Source: a virus (lineage: Duplodnaviria > Caudoviricetes). From it: DNA of 24,284 bases. Of this stretch, positions 1 to 8,593 are shown in pieces. Every line of letters begins with the position of its first letter. Within the stretch, counting starts at the first letter, position 1. The stretch lies in IMG/VR virus record IMGVR_UViG_3300034984_000078, positions 1-24,284 of that record. The stretch is one strand, 5' to 3'. A program made the position numbers and the translations under genes. The notes under the pieces are model-generated. The model was given only the letters and a program-made list of their open reading frames with translations. It did not search any database and was not told where the DNA came from.

Positions 1-1251
1 CTAGATGTCAAATTTGATTTCGTTAGCATCCTTCCAAAGTCTCCAGAAGTGACTCTCATATTGTTTTACAACCTCGGGAACATTTTCCAGAATTGCAAAG
101 GCATTGACTTCTGAAAACGTGTCAATTTTTGTGTGCTTCTGCCCCTTTTCGTCTTTGAATTCAACCGTTCTTTTATCACTCCAAGCAAACTGTGTAGGCG
201 TATAGTTAGAGGTGCAGACGTTAATTTTGTCGTCATCGACAATTATGAATTTATCATGAACAAGCCTATTGAAACGTTGTTTAACCTTCATATAGTACTG
301 AAAAATGCTTTCCACTATTGCAGCTCGTCTCTTGTCCGCCAAACCTGCAGATGTGGTTTGCTTCAAAACAAGAACCTCAAGCTTAGGATTAACTTCCTTG
401 ATTCTCTTAAGTGCTGATACGATTGTCTTGGCATCTGGGTCAAACGGCAAAGCGTCATGAAAATGCTGCGAGCATATCCATATCCTACTTTTAGCTTTTT
501 CGAGCATTTCAATGATTTTTTGGCTAGCGTAGTGGTTACTTCCCACGCCATCAATTCTGTAATAAGGAGAGCTAAAGAAAGCCTTGGAAAAAACATCGCT
601 TTGAATATCAATCATTATATTTTTGGCATTGAATTGAAAGTCGTCTAAGGGTCCTTTGCCTAAGTATTTTTCATAAGGTATTGCCCTTTGTAAAAGGTCG
701 TTAAAGAACTGGTTGAAGCCTTTCTCATAAGTTTCTTCATTTTCAATAACTAGCAAATTCTCGCTGTGAGGAGGGTCACCTGTAGAAAAATTTCCTGATG
801 AAATGATACACTTCTGCAGTTTCTCACCAAAATCAGCAAGAAAAGCTTTCACATGAAAGCTATAAGAAGGACCTCCTCCAGCGTAAAGCGCACCAAACCA
901 GGAATACATGTGAGGAAAAATGTAAAGATGTATGTGCCCCTCAGAAAGAACCTTTGAATATATCTTCTCTGCCTCAATCATTTTTGAAGTCTTTCCCAGA
1001 CTTTCGATTTTCACTTTTTTATTCGTATAGCCTCTAAGCGGAAGACTAACCACATTAACATCGGTTCCACTAGCAGCCATATTCTTGAAAAAAGAGTAAA
1101 GAGAGGGGTTATTGAAGAGGTAAAGGGCTGCGTTTATAGTTTTGGCACCTTTTAGTTCTGACTTTAGGTCTTGCAAAAGAAGGGGGCAGCTTCCATCAGC
1201 ATGTTTTAAAGTTGTCTTGAATGGAAGCTCACAATAGACTCTAAAGGGCAT
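1..1251 (-). CDS. Phospholipase D superfamily protein with two HKD motifs, putative nuclease or defence effector
   Basis: HxKxxxxD motifs FHVKAFLAD (followed by SSGNFS) and VHDKFIIVD (followed by CTSNYT); no signal peptide or TM segment; third gene after MTase and glycosylase. Confidence 0.8.
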   Translation of the reverse strand: MPFRVYCELPFKTTLKHADGSCPLLLQDLKSELKGAKTINAALYLFNNPSLYSFFKNMAASGTDVNVVSLPLRGYTNKKVKIESLGKTSKMIEAEKIYSKVLSEGHIHLYIFPHMYSWFGALYAGGGPSYSFHVKAFLADFGEKLQKCIISSGNFSTGDPPHSENLLVIENEETYEKGFNQFFNDLLQRAIPYEKYLGKGPLDDFQFNAKNIMIDIQSDVFSKAFFSSPYYRIDGVGSNHYASQKIIEMLEKAKSRIWICSQHFHDALPFDPDAKTIVSALKRIKEVNPKLEVLVLKQTTSAGLADKRRAAIVESIFQYYMKVKQRFNRLVHDKFIIVDDDKINVCTSNYTPTQFAWSDKRTVEFKDEKGQKHTKIDTFSEVNAFAILENVPEVVKQYESHFWRLWKDANEIKFDI

Positions 1252-1294
1252 GATTGTTTATTGGTGCGGGTTCAAATATAATTTCTTCTGCTGT

Positions 1295-1942
1295 TCACTT
1301 GCTTACCGTAGCCTGAAAATAGGTGCAGAGGTCTGACTGAAAGCATATTGTACATTTCGGATTTCTCGAGCAAATCAGCGCTGAGAAATCTATTATTCCC
1401 CAATTGAACTGCTTTGCCTTTCCTCTCGGGATTAGTCTTCTAAGTTTTTTCTCTATTTGTAGGTCTTTAGCTTCACTCCAACCAAAAAACCTTCCAACAA
1501 CTCTTCTAACGTTCATGTCCACTATTGGAACATCCGTGTTAAAAGCAAAACACAGAACAGCATTAGCTACATATTCTCCTACTCCACTAAGTTTTATAAG
1601 GTTCTCTTTGTTTGAAGGAATTTCGCCCTTATGTAGATTTAATATTGTGGATGCTGTCTCCTTGAATTGCCTAGCCCTTTGTCTTTGAAACCCTAATCGC
1701 CTAATAATGCCTTCAATTTCTGAAACTTCTACTTGTGCGAGACTCTGAATGTTTGGAAATCTCTTTAAGAATAAGTCATAAACTTTCATAACATGCCCAT
1801 AGGTAGTTTGCTGTAGTAATTTCTCAGCAACTAAGATTCGGTAGGGGTCCGTTTCGTGTCTCCAAGGAAAATCTCTTTTGTTAGAAGCGAACCAATGGAG
1901 AAGCCTTTTTGAAAACTCAGACTCTTTTCTAGACAGTTTCAT
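1295..1942 (-). CDS. HhH-GPD mismatch DNA glycosylase, Mig/MutY-like, with FeS cluster
   Basis: RDFPWR..DPY, HhH LSGVGEY, VDMNVRRV, C-terminal CSRNPKCTICFQSDLC; no MutY C-terminal domain; directly downstream of an m5C MTase as for Mig.MthI. Confidence 0.88.
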   Translation of the reverse strand: MKLSRKESEFSKRLLHWFASNKRDFPWRHETDPYRILVAEKLLQQTTYGHVMKVYDLFLKRFPNIQSLAQVEVSEIEGIIRRLGFQRQRARQFKETASTILNLHKGEIPSNKENLIKLSGVGEYVANAVLCFAFNTDVPIVDMNVRRVVGRFFGWSEAKDLQIEKKLRRLIPRGKAKQFNWGIIDFSALICSRNPKCTICFQSDLCTYFQATVSK

Positions 1943-1946
1943 TTAA

Positions 1947-2903
1947 TCACTTTTCTATTTTTGGCTGTGATGGAATCAAGTTGTTAAAGGCTTCAGCAAT
2001 GCATTTAGCCAAAAGTGGTGGAACAGCATTGCCTATTTGGATATACTGAGAGTTCAGTGGTCCAGAGAAGGTGAAGTCATCTGGAAAGGTCTGGATTCTT
2101 GCACACTCTCTAATAGAGAATCTTCTGTATTTGCTTATATCAGCGGTAAATTCCCACTTGTCTTTTCCAACCTTTCTCATAGGTGGGCAACTAGGGTGAA
2201 GAGGTGTATGCCTACCACTCGCTTGAATGGTGAAACTTACTTCATCCCACCCTCGGATTCTATTTCGGGACATATAACGAGAGGAGAACCCAGTATGGTC
2301 ATAGTACTCGCCTTCTTTGGGTCCTGGAAGGTCTCCAATGGCTTCTCGCAAAGTCACATATGGTTTCAATGGAGGTTTCCCATGAGTCTTTTTTGGAAAA
2401 ACAAATTCCATATTCAAATCCTTTCTAACACCAACAATAAACACTCTTTCCCTATCTTGAGGAACGCCATAATCTTTTGCATTTAGAAGTTGCCACATTG
2501 CATTGTAGCCACATGACCCAAACTCTTTGACCATAAGGTCTATGGCTCTTACAGTCTTGAAAGGAACTATGACTCCTTTCACATTTTCTGCTACAAAAAA
2601 GCTGGGTTTGACAGTTCTTAAAACTCTTGCAAATTCAAGGTATAGATAGTTTCTTTTATCGAATGCGTCTCTGTTTCCAGCAAGACTAAAGCCCTGACAA
2701 GGGTAGCCCCCGATCACGACATCTGAATGGGGAAAATCCTTCACTTTCCGTATGTCTTTTCTCAGTGGAGTTATTGGAAAATTCTTTGCGTACGTGTCGC
2801 AGGCTGACTTGCTAATGTCGTTAGTCCAGACTACCTTGTGCCCTGCTTGTTCGAATCCGAGATCCATGCCGCCGCAACCGGAGAAAAGTGAAAGGACGTC
2901 CAT
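1947..2903 (-). CDS. DNA (cytosine-5)-methyltransferase, HaeIII/BsuRI/MthTI-like (probably GGCC)
   Basis: Motifs I FSGCGG, IV GYPCQGFS, VI ENV, VIII QDRERVF, IX RECARIQTFP, X IGNAVP; TRD YMSRNR..W....FTIQASGRH.PLHP resembles GGCC enzymes. Confidence 0.95.
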   Translation of the reverse strand: MDVLSLFSGCGGMDLGFEQAGHKVVWTNDISKSACDTYAKNFPITPLRKDIRKVKDFPHSDVVIGGYPCQGFSLAGNRDAFDKRNYLYLEFARVLRTVKPSFFVAENVKGVIVPFKTVRAIDLMVKEFGSCGYNAMWQLLNAKDYGVPQDRERVFIVGVRKDLNMEFVFPKKTHGKPPLKPYVTLREAIGDLPGPKEGEYYDHTGFSSRYMSRNRIRGWDEVSFTIQASGRHTPLHPSCPPMRKVGKDKWEFTADISKYRRFSIRECARIQTFPDDFTFSGPLNSQYIQIGNAVPPLLAKCIAEAFNNLIPSQPKIEK

Positions 2904-3048
2904 TTTTCAACACACCTCGATTGTTTTTCTTAAAGATATTTTTTTCGGCTCCGAATCTGTGTAGTATAAAGTAGTACGTTGCCTTAATAAATCTTCTCAA
3001 GTAGTAAGAAGTTTTAAAAGATATGGCAGCATACGTAGAAAGGGAAAA
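2904..3048. promoter_or_regulatory. Divergent promoter region between MTase and RHH gene
   Basis: Minus strand CTTTAAGA about 28 nt before the MTase ATG plus GAGGTG RBS; plus strand TTTTAAAA at 3012-3019 about 30 nt before ATG 3049; GTAGTA repeats at 2961, 2971, 3001. Confidence 0.55.
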
Positions 3049-3186
3049 ATGAAAATAAAAAAGACCATAACACTAGACAAAGATCTGCTTGAGTGGATAG
3101 AGCAGAAAATTGAAGAGAAAGAGTTTGCTTCGATAAGCCATGCTATTGAAAAAGCTCTCGTTAGGCTCAGGAAAGAAATGGAGTGA
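3049..3186 (+). CDS. Ribbon-helix-helix (CopG/MetJ-like) transcription regulator, 45 aa, absent from the ORF track
   Basis: Manual translation MKIKKTITLDKDLLEWIEQKIEEKEFASISHAIEKALVRLRKEME: alternating strand, helix, F.S.S.AI..AL helix. Confidence 0.85.
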   Translation: MKIKKTITLDKDLLEWIEQKIEEKEFASISHAIEKALVRLRKEME

Positions 3187-3209
3187 GAGGCTTCGTTCCT
3201 TTTTTGTAT

Positions 3210-4022
3210 TTACCTCGTCAACTCTATCATTAGAAAATACACTGTCTTCCGTCGCTCTCTGGGAAAGTCAGTTTTCCACCCCGATTTTGGGGTCCCAACT
3301 ACATTTTCAAATACCCACGGTGCATTGCCACTCTTTCGCGCCAAGGCAACTGCGCGGTTGTGTTCAGAGTGGCTTGCCTGTCCAATCCATTGCCGCCGTA
3401 TTGCTACCTTGAACTTGTGCTTGTATTTGCCAAAGTATTCGTCGAATGAATAAACTGAAATATCATGTTCCGTGATATAGGGTGGAGCTTCTAAAAGTAG
3501 CTCTGCTGGGTGTTTTGAAGGACCTAGATTAGGGCTTCCTTTCAGCATCAAATATTCAAGGAGTTTCTTGAAGTCGGTCTCGTCGAAAAAATCTTCCCAA
3601 GGTCTATTCCGCCTCTCTAGACCGCCTTCGTGGAAGCGCCTCACTTCCGCGTCCAACCTTGCCAACCTTTTGGCAACATCGGGAAAACCTAGCTGCCTGA
3701 AGAGATCTTCGATGTTTGCCCTTTGAAGGCGGTTGTATGGGAAACTCCCACCAATCTGCTTTACTGAAACACCCACTCCATTCAAGTAGATGTCTGCTTT
3801 CTTGCTAGCGTCGGGGGTGCTGATAATTGCTATGTCGCGCTCGTCGTTGATAGGATAGTAACCAGTTGAACCTGATCGCGGTCCTCCAATGGATTTGACT
3901 ACTCCTAAGTGAGGCAGTTCTATTTTGCCCAAGTTTCTGAATAAGAACTTAGCAACTTCAACTTCATTGCCAGGCATGATGCTTGGTTGAATCTTCATAT
4001 GCTTATATGTATTCCGCACCAT
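3210..4022 (-). CDS. Putative PD-(D/E)xK restriction-type endonuclease
   Basis: N-terminal helix with Glu (GNEVEVAK) then KADIYLNGVGVSVKQ, a D-x10-S-x-K pattern seen in type II REases; adjacent to an MTase cassette. Confidence 0.6.
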   Translation of the reverse strand: MVRNTYKHMKIQPSIMPGNEVEVAKFLFRNLGKIELPHLGVVKSIGGPRSGSTGYYPINDERDIAIISTPDASKKADIYLNGVGVSVKQIGGSFPYNRLQRANIEDLFRQLGFPDVAKRLARLDAEVRRFHEGGLERRNRPWEDFFDETDFKKLLEYLMLKGSPNLGPSKHPAELLLEAPPYITEHDISVYSFDEYFGKYKHKFKVAIRRQWIGQASHSEHNRAVALARKSGNAPWVFENVVGTPKSGWKTDFPRERRKTVYFLMIELTR

Positions 4023-4025
4023 TAA

Positions 4026-5483
4026 TCAAGCTGGTTGCTCCCAGAAAAGATAAGCCTTAGTCTGCATTAGAAAACCGCAGATTTTGATTAAATGTGCAAG
4101 CCTTTCAAGGCTGACTTTCATTATTTCTTTGGCGTAAACTTCCTTTTTTCCAAATAGCTGATGTGGGAAGAAGTATTTCATAAAGCGTGCGTGACAATGT
4201 TTAATGAATGCTTGTCTTACTTTTGCTAAGTCTTCATCGCTTAAGGTTTGGAGTTTGTTTAAAACGTATTTTTCGCTTCCCAAAAGCTGAATGTTGAACC
4301 CAAGCTCATGCAAGGTTTCCGCAATCTTCAGAGCTTCTTTAGGCGGAGGCTGCTCAACTATTTTCTGTAAACCTCCTCTCTCCGCAAACGGATTGTATTT
4401 TGCCATGACTGCTGGCATCTCCACATAAGGCGTGCCCACTAAGGGTAGTGTTTCCTTTACGAGTTTTGCGCCTAAACCTATGGTGCGGTATTTCGGATGA
4501 ACAACAACTCGGCTGATAATGCTCAATTTCTCATTCAGCTCCTTCATTGACATCTTTGGCAAAACAAGCCTACGCCCGAAACATGTGGGTGGCGGATAGC
4601 AGTAGACTATGACTCCGCATAATTCGTCGCCACGTTTCAAGCAGAAGATTTTGCGAGGACCAACTATTTTGTGGCTTCTGTAATGGAAGCCCGCAAGCTT
4701 ACGCCAATCCTCAGTTGAGCCTTTCTCTACGTGCATTTCCTTAACGAGGTTGCATTCCTTTGCAGGCTTATTCGGATAATAATTTATGGTTATTTCTTTT
4801 CCGAAGCGTTTGTGAATGTGGATGCTCGGATTTAGATCCTCAAACAAGTCTGTGTGAGTTGTCGCTGCAAGAACCGCTTTGCCTTGTTGACGTGCAAGCT
4901 TCTGAAGATTATAAGCTACGATTTTAGCCGTGTCCCTGTCAAGCGTAGCCATAGCTTCATCCATTATCCAAAATTCAGCTTTACTCTCCATCATTTTCGC
5001 AATTTTGTAACGGTATTTCTGTCCATCACTCAGCTGCTCATAACTACGTAAGAAAAGGAAAGCATCGTTTAAGCCTACCTTGCTGAGAAGCTCCAAGCCT
5101 TCTTCGAGGGTTTTGCCGACTGTTTCGATCAGAGGCTTGCCAGGTTCAGGCTGGATGTCGGTAATGTTAATGCAGCTTACGCCCATGTCCCCTTTGATAT
5201 CCTTCTCCAAAGCCTTAAGCAGCACACTTTTGCCTGAGCCGGAATCGCCCGTGATATATGCAATATCAATACGTCCTATTTTCAGCTCAACATTATCGTA
5301 AACTATGAACCTGTCCCACTGATCCATGCCAAGTCCGAAGCCTTCAGCAACGCTCACAACTCTGCTTGTCGGTTTCGGCGGAGCCGTCTTGTAGCCTAAG
5401 TTAATTATGAATCTGTCTGTTTTGCGGTCGTATCGTCTCCTATATTGTTGTATCTGGAAATATTCACGTTTTCTCATGTGCAT
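4026..5483 (-). CDS. ABC-type ATPase fused to GNAT acetyltransferase (COG2401-like)
   Basis: Walker A GDSGSGKS, signature LSDGQKYR, Walker B/D-loop WIMDEAMATLD, H-loop ATTH; GNAT motif A ISRVVVHPKYRTIGLG; FHYR. Start placed at ATG 5483 after GGAG (track start 5516). Confidence 0.88.
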   Translation of the reverse strand: MHMRKREYFQIQQYRRRYDRKTDRFIINLGYKTAPPKPTSRVVSVAEGFGLGMDQWDRFIVYDNVELKIGRIDIAYITGDSGSGKSVLLKALEKDIKGDMGVSCINITDIQPEPGKPLIETVGKTLEEGLELLSKVGLNDAFLFLRSYEQLSDGQKYRYKIAKMMESKAEFWIMDEAMATLDRDTAKIVAYNLQKLARQQGKAVLAATTHTDLFEDLNPSIHIHKRFGKEITINYYPNKPAKECNLVKEMHVEKGSTEDWRKLAGFHYRSHKIVGPRKIFCLKRGDELCGVIVYCYPPPTCFGRRLVLPKMSMKELNEKLSIISRVVVHPKYRTIGLGAKLVKETLPLVGTPYVEMPAVMAKYNPFAERGGLQKIVEQPPPKEALKIAETLHELGFNIQLLGSEKYVLNKLQTLSDEDLAKVRQAFIKHCHARFMKYFFPHQLFGKKEVYAKEIMKVSLERLAHLIKICGFLMQTKAYLFWEQPA

Positions 5484-5589
5484 GCTCTCCGCTGACAGCG
5501 AATTTACAATGCACAAAACTTATCGGGTTACGCCTGTTGCTTGGTGCTTCTTGAGCTTCTTGCGGAGTTCTTCCAGCTTAGCTTTTCCT

Positions 5590-5847
5590 CTACGCTTGGC
5601 GTCCAATTAATACACCTGAAACCGTTCCAACAAGCCCTGAAATCACTGCAAAGACCTCGTGACTCCATTGACCCAGAAAAGCCATGTAAGCGATTTCAAG
5701 CCCAGTTAAGCATAAGGTCATGGCTATTGCGAATTTCACCATTAAAACAAGTTTTTCGTTCGGTTCAATGACTATTATTTGCTGTTTGCCCTTGGGCCCT
5801 TTGCGAGCTATCTTTTTTGTTAAAGCCCTTCTAATCCAGCTTGTCAT
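5590..5847 (-). CDS. Small two-TM membrane protein, holin-like
   Basis: Basic N-terminus followed by two hydrophobic segments; located after the tail genes. Confidence 0.55.
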   Translation of the reverse strand: MTSWIRRALTKKIARKGPKGKQQIIVIEPNEKLVLMVKFAIAMTLCLTGLEIAYMAFLGQWSHEVFAVISGLVGTVSGVLIGRQA

Positions 5848-6220
5848 GGTTATTTGCCCTCATCTGGAAAATTCTTCTACGTCTTCTCCGTGTTCCCATG
5901 CCGGTTAGAACGTTTTGGAGAATTAATGTTGCCTCTTCACCTGTTACAAAAGCCTTGTGAAGGATCCGAATTTCTTTGAACCATGGAAACGGTATGGCTG
6001 TATAATCAACATCATGCAATTCAGGGTTGTAGGAAAAATCGTTTTGGCAGAGAATTGCATGTTTTGGCTGTCCAGCGTAGCCCACGTATATGCCTACGCT
6101 TTTAACGGGAACCGGAATTCCTGCGGTGGTGAAGCTGGATCCGATGCTTGCGTCGTTCCAGAATATGCACACAAGGTCTCCTGGTTCAAGCTTTTCTTTC
6201 TTCTTCAAATTCTTATTCAT
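5831..6220 (-). CDS. Hypothetical viral protein, small beta-barrel-like
   Basis: GDLVCIFWNDA...SVG...AIP.PW pattern common in phage hypotheticals; R6 run near the C-terminus; overlaps the next gene. Confidence 0.7.
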   Translation of the reverse strand: MNKNLKKKEKLEPGDLVCIFWNDASIGSSFTTAGIPVPVKSVGIYVGYAGQPKHAILCQNDFSYNPELHDVDYTAIPFPWFKEIRILHKAFVTGEEATLILQNVLTGMGTRRRRRRIFQMRANNHDKLD

Positions 6221-6247
6221 GAGTCTTCATCCAACTTTAAACGGCTT

Positions 6248-7960
6248 TTAAGAACCTGTGAGCTGAATGACTAAGCCGCCTCCGATGTCAAAGAATATCT
6301 TTGTTACTTTGGTCACGCCTGCATACACGGATTCCATTCCAATGCCTGCGTCAGAGACGGTAAAACTGGCTTGTAACTGGAATCCCTCAATGCCGATGGC
6401 GGAATCACTTACAGGTATTTGGATCTGAAGTGATAGAGTTTCGGAGCCAGACCCAGAATCAGATACTGTTATGTAAGTATAACCATAGTCTATGGAAATA
6501 ATATCTGTTCCAATTCCTGAATCAGCGATTGTGAAGGTAATTGAAAGTGTTATTGATTCAACTTCTGCTCCCGAATCGCTTAATTCTAAACTTCCTTGCA
6601 TATCAACAGATTCGGAGCCTGCTCCAGATTCGGCGACTGATAAACCCGCCTGCATAGCGGAAGCATCAGTTCCCGCCCCAGAATCACTTAATGGCAGACT
6701 TGCCTGCATATCTGGAACATCCGAACCGCCACCTGACTCCGCTATTGGTAATGTAGCCGTAAGGTCATAAAGACTATCAGCTCCAGAACCACTATCCGAA
6801 ACATTAATGTAAGTTGGAGCTGCGCCAGTGCTGAACCATAAAGCCACGACTTGCCGAGCATCAATCTTCGCTGTGCCTGTTCCCGTGTTGTTTGAAAATC
6901 TACCCTGAACCGTTTGGGAACCTGCTGCTAACTGTTCTGCATAAGTTGTGGCAACACTATTTGCATAATTATTATAACATGCACTTCCACGAGAATTTGC
7001 TCTATCATTAGTGTTGATTTTTATGCCGTAGCATTCACCAAAATTATTTGAGCTTGTGCCACTTCTTTTCGTTCCCATAGCAACAACTAATAATTCACGA
7101 GCATCCGTTGTGGTTCTGCTTATCGTTGCCTGCCCGTCATCTACTAAGGCGTTTGACGTTGTGCTGACTTGTGTCGTTGAAGTTATAATATCAAGCAGTG
7201 TTGAGTCAGCCAGAAGCAAAACAGCCAACTGGCGCTTATGGATACTCACAGTTGCCGCTGTACCTGCATTAGCGAATCTTCCTTTAACGGTTGTGGAAAC
7301 CGCTGTAAGGCTGAGGGCGTGGCAGGTGAAAATGCTATCTATATAATTTGAACCACTTTTTTCTGCTTGACCATAATCCGTTCCTCCGACATTTATTGCA
7401 ACTTTCTTCCCGTATTCATTCTCTGTAGCTCCACTGTTTGCAGCGTTATACAAAAGTAAGGCTTTGCAAGCGCCTGAAGGTGTAAAAGTCACCTGAGCAT
7501 TCGGGTCATCAATCATTGTCGTATCAGGAGCGGTTGCGGTTGTAGCATCATCAATGTATTGAAATTCGTCTCCGTCAAAGATGTAGATGAGCAAAACTCT
7601 GTTACTGATTGTAGCAGTTCCAGTTGCTATTTTTGCGAATCTTCCCTTAACTGTATGTGAACCACTTGCCAGAGTGCCAACCCAAAAGACGCAATTCCTT
7701 GTAGGATAAGTACTACCATAAGGAGAATCCCAACTCTTGGCTTTATCCACAGCATCAATACTGATAGCATTCTGCATTCCGTTAGCAGGCATTGCAACCC
7801 CGTAAACGTTGTTGGCTTGATAAATCACCAAGACAACTTGAGAAGCGGTTAAATTAAAGGTTTGTTGAGCGTGTGGATCATCAACCAAACTGGCGGACGT
7901 AGTAGTATCTGCCGTTTGATCAGTAATTACATATTTGTCCTTGTATGTTAGCAGAGTCAT
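6248..7960 (-). CDS. Tail fibre / receptor-binding adhesin
   Basis: Thr/Ser/Gly-rich; three approximately 125-aa repeats (L/MxDD..AQ/T...TVK/QGRF...R.L/V) and nine approximately 18-aa SDSGxG repeats; position after the hub gene. Confidence 0.72.
   Translation of the reverse strand: MTLLTYKDKYVITDQTADTTTSASLVDDPHAQQTFNLTASQVVLVIYQANNVYGVAMPANGMQNAISIDAVDKAKSWDSPYGSTYPTRNCVFWVGTLASGSHTVKGRFAKIATGTATISNRVLLIYIFDGDEFQYIDDATTATAPDTTMIDDPNAQVTFTPSGACKALLLYNAANSGATENEYGKKVAINVGGTDYGQAEKSGSNYIDSIFTCHALSLTAVSTTVKGRFANAGTAATVSIHKRQLAVLLLADSTLLDIITSTTQVSTTSNALVDDGQATISRTTTDARELLVVAMGTKRSGTSSNNFGECYGIKINTNDRANSRGSACYNNYANSVATTYAEQLAAGSQTVQGRFSNNTGTGTAKIDARQVVALWFSTGAAPTYINVSDSGSGADSLYDLTATLPIAESGGGSDVPDMQASLPLSDSGAGTDASAMQAGLSVAESGAGSESVDMQGSLELSDSGAEVESITLSITFTIADSGIGTDIISIDYGYTYITVSDSGSGSETLSLQIQIPVSDSAIGIEGFQLQASFTVSDAGIGMESVYAGVTKVTKIFFDIGGGLVIQLTGS
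6320..6812 (-). repeat. Nine tandem ~18-aa coding repeats (consensus hx[SA][DE]SGxGx[DE])
   Basis: VSDSGSGAD, IAESGGGSD, LSDSGAGTD, VAESGAGSE, LSDSGAEVE, IADSGIGTD, VSDSGSGSE, VSDSAIGIE, VSDAGIGME. Confidence 0.85.
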
Positions 7961-7986
7961 CTACACCCACCAGATATGGAACTTTC

Positions 7987-8541
7987 TTAAGATAGCGTTA
8001 TGGTCAATGTCGCTACCCATGTCGTGCCAGACGCTTTCGTACCCATAGCTTGCACTTTCCTGTTTAGGCAGGTCCCTGAAGCGACGCCGTTCCTCAAGAC
8101 GATTTCATTCCACGTATAGTTTGCATCTGCAGAACCGAAAGTTGACCGTGCCACTAACTGCTGATTGACGCACGGATTGGTCGGATAAGTCGCGTCCATG
8201 GCTTTGTACGTTTTGTTTGTCGCCGCTTGCAAGTCTGTCTGAGTCGGATCAGCAGCAGTATTTGAATCTCCCACTCCGAGTGCTGCAGCAGCGTTGGTCC
8301 ACGCTTGACCTGAACCACCGATGCCGAGAGTCAGCAGCAAGTTAATGCCAGAGTTTAGCAAGCAGTTATCATCAAACTCCAGAGTCTCGAATAGTTCAGC
8401 AGCAGCTTTTATTGCCTCTTCGCGGCTTTTGAAGTCACCTTTGAATTTCTCTATTTTCCAATGGGTTTTAAAATGCATCTGTTCTTTCACGGGAATCATT
8501 GCTCCAACGTGCACAGTGTCTTTTCCAAATACTTTTTCCAT
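7987..8541 (-). CDS. Tail tip / fibre-attachment structural protein
   Basis: LGVGDSNTAADPTQTDLQ and TFGSADANYTWNEI motifs typical of phage minor tail proteins. Confidence 0.7.
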   Translation of the reverse strand: MEKVFGKDTVHVGAMIPVKEQMHFKTHWKIEKFKGDFKSREEAIKAAAELFETLEFDDNCLLNSGINLLLTLGIGGSGQAWTNAAAALGVGDSNTAADPTQTDLQAATNKTYKAMDATYPTNPCVNQQLVARSTFGSADANYTWNEIVLRNGVASGTCLNRKVQAMGTKASGTTWVATLTITLS

Positions 8542-8593
8542 CCTTTAATCGCACTCCTTCAAAATTCGGTTTCTCGCATAATCGGCAAACCGA

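Noticed and set aside
2037-2486. 149-aa plus-strand ORF
   Set aside because: Entirely antisense to the well-supported MTase
3023-3052. Upstream ATG as start of the RHH gene
   Set aside because: That frame stops at TGA 3050-3052; the RHH frame begins at ATG 3049
4026-5483. ABC transporter annotation
   Set aside because: No permease or binding protein nearby; the ATPase is fused to a GNAT domain
6248-7960. Possible diversity-generating retroelement target or CRISPR-like array
   Set aside because: No reverse transcriptase or near-identical template repeat seen; repeats are degenerate coding repeats
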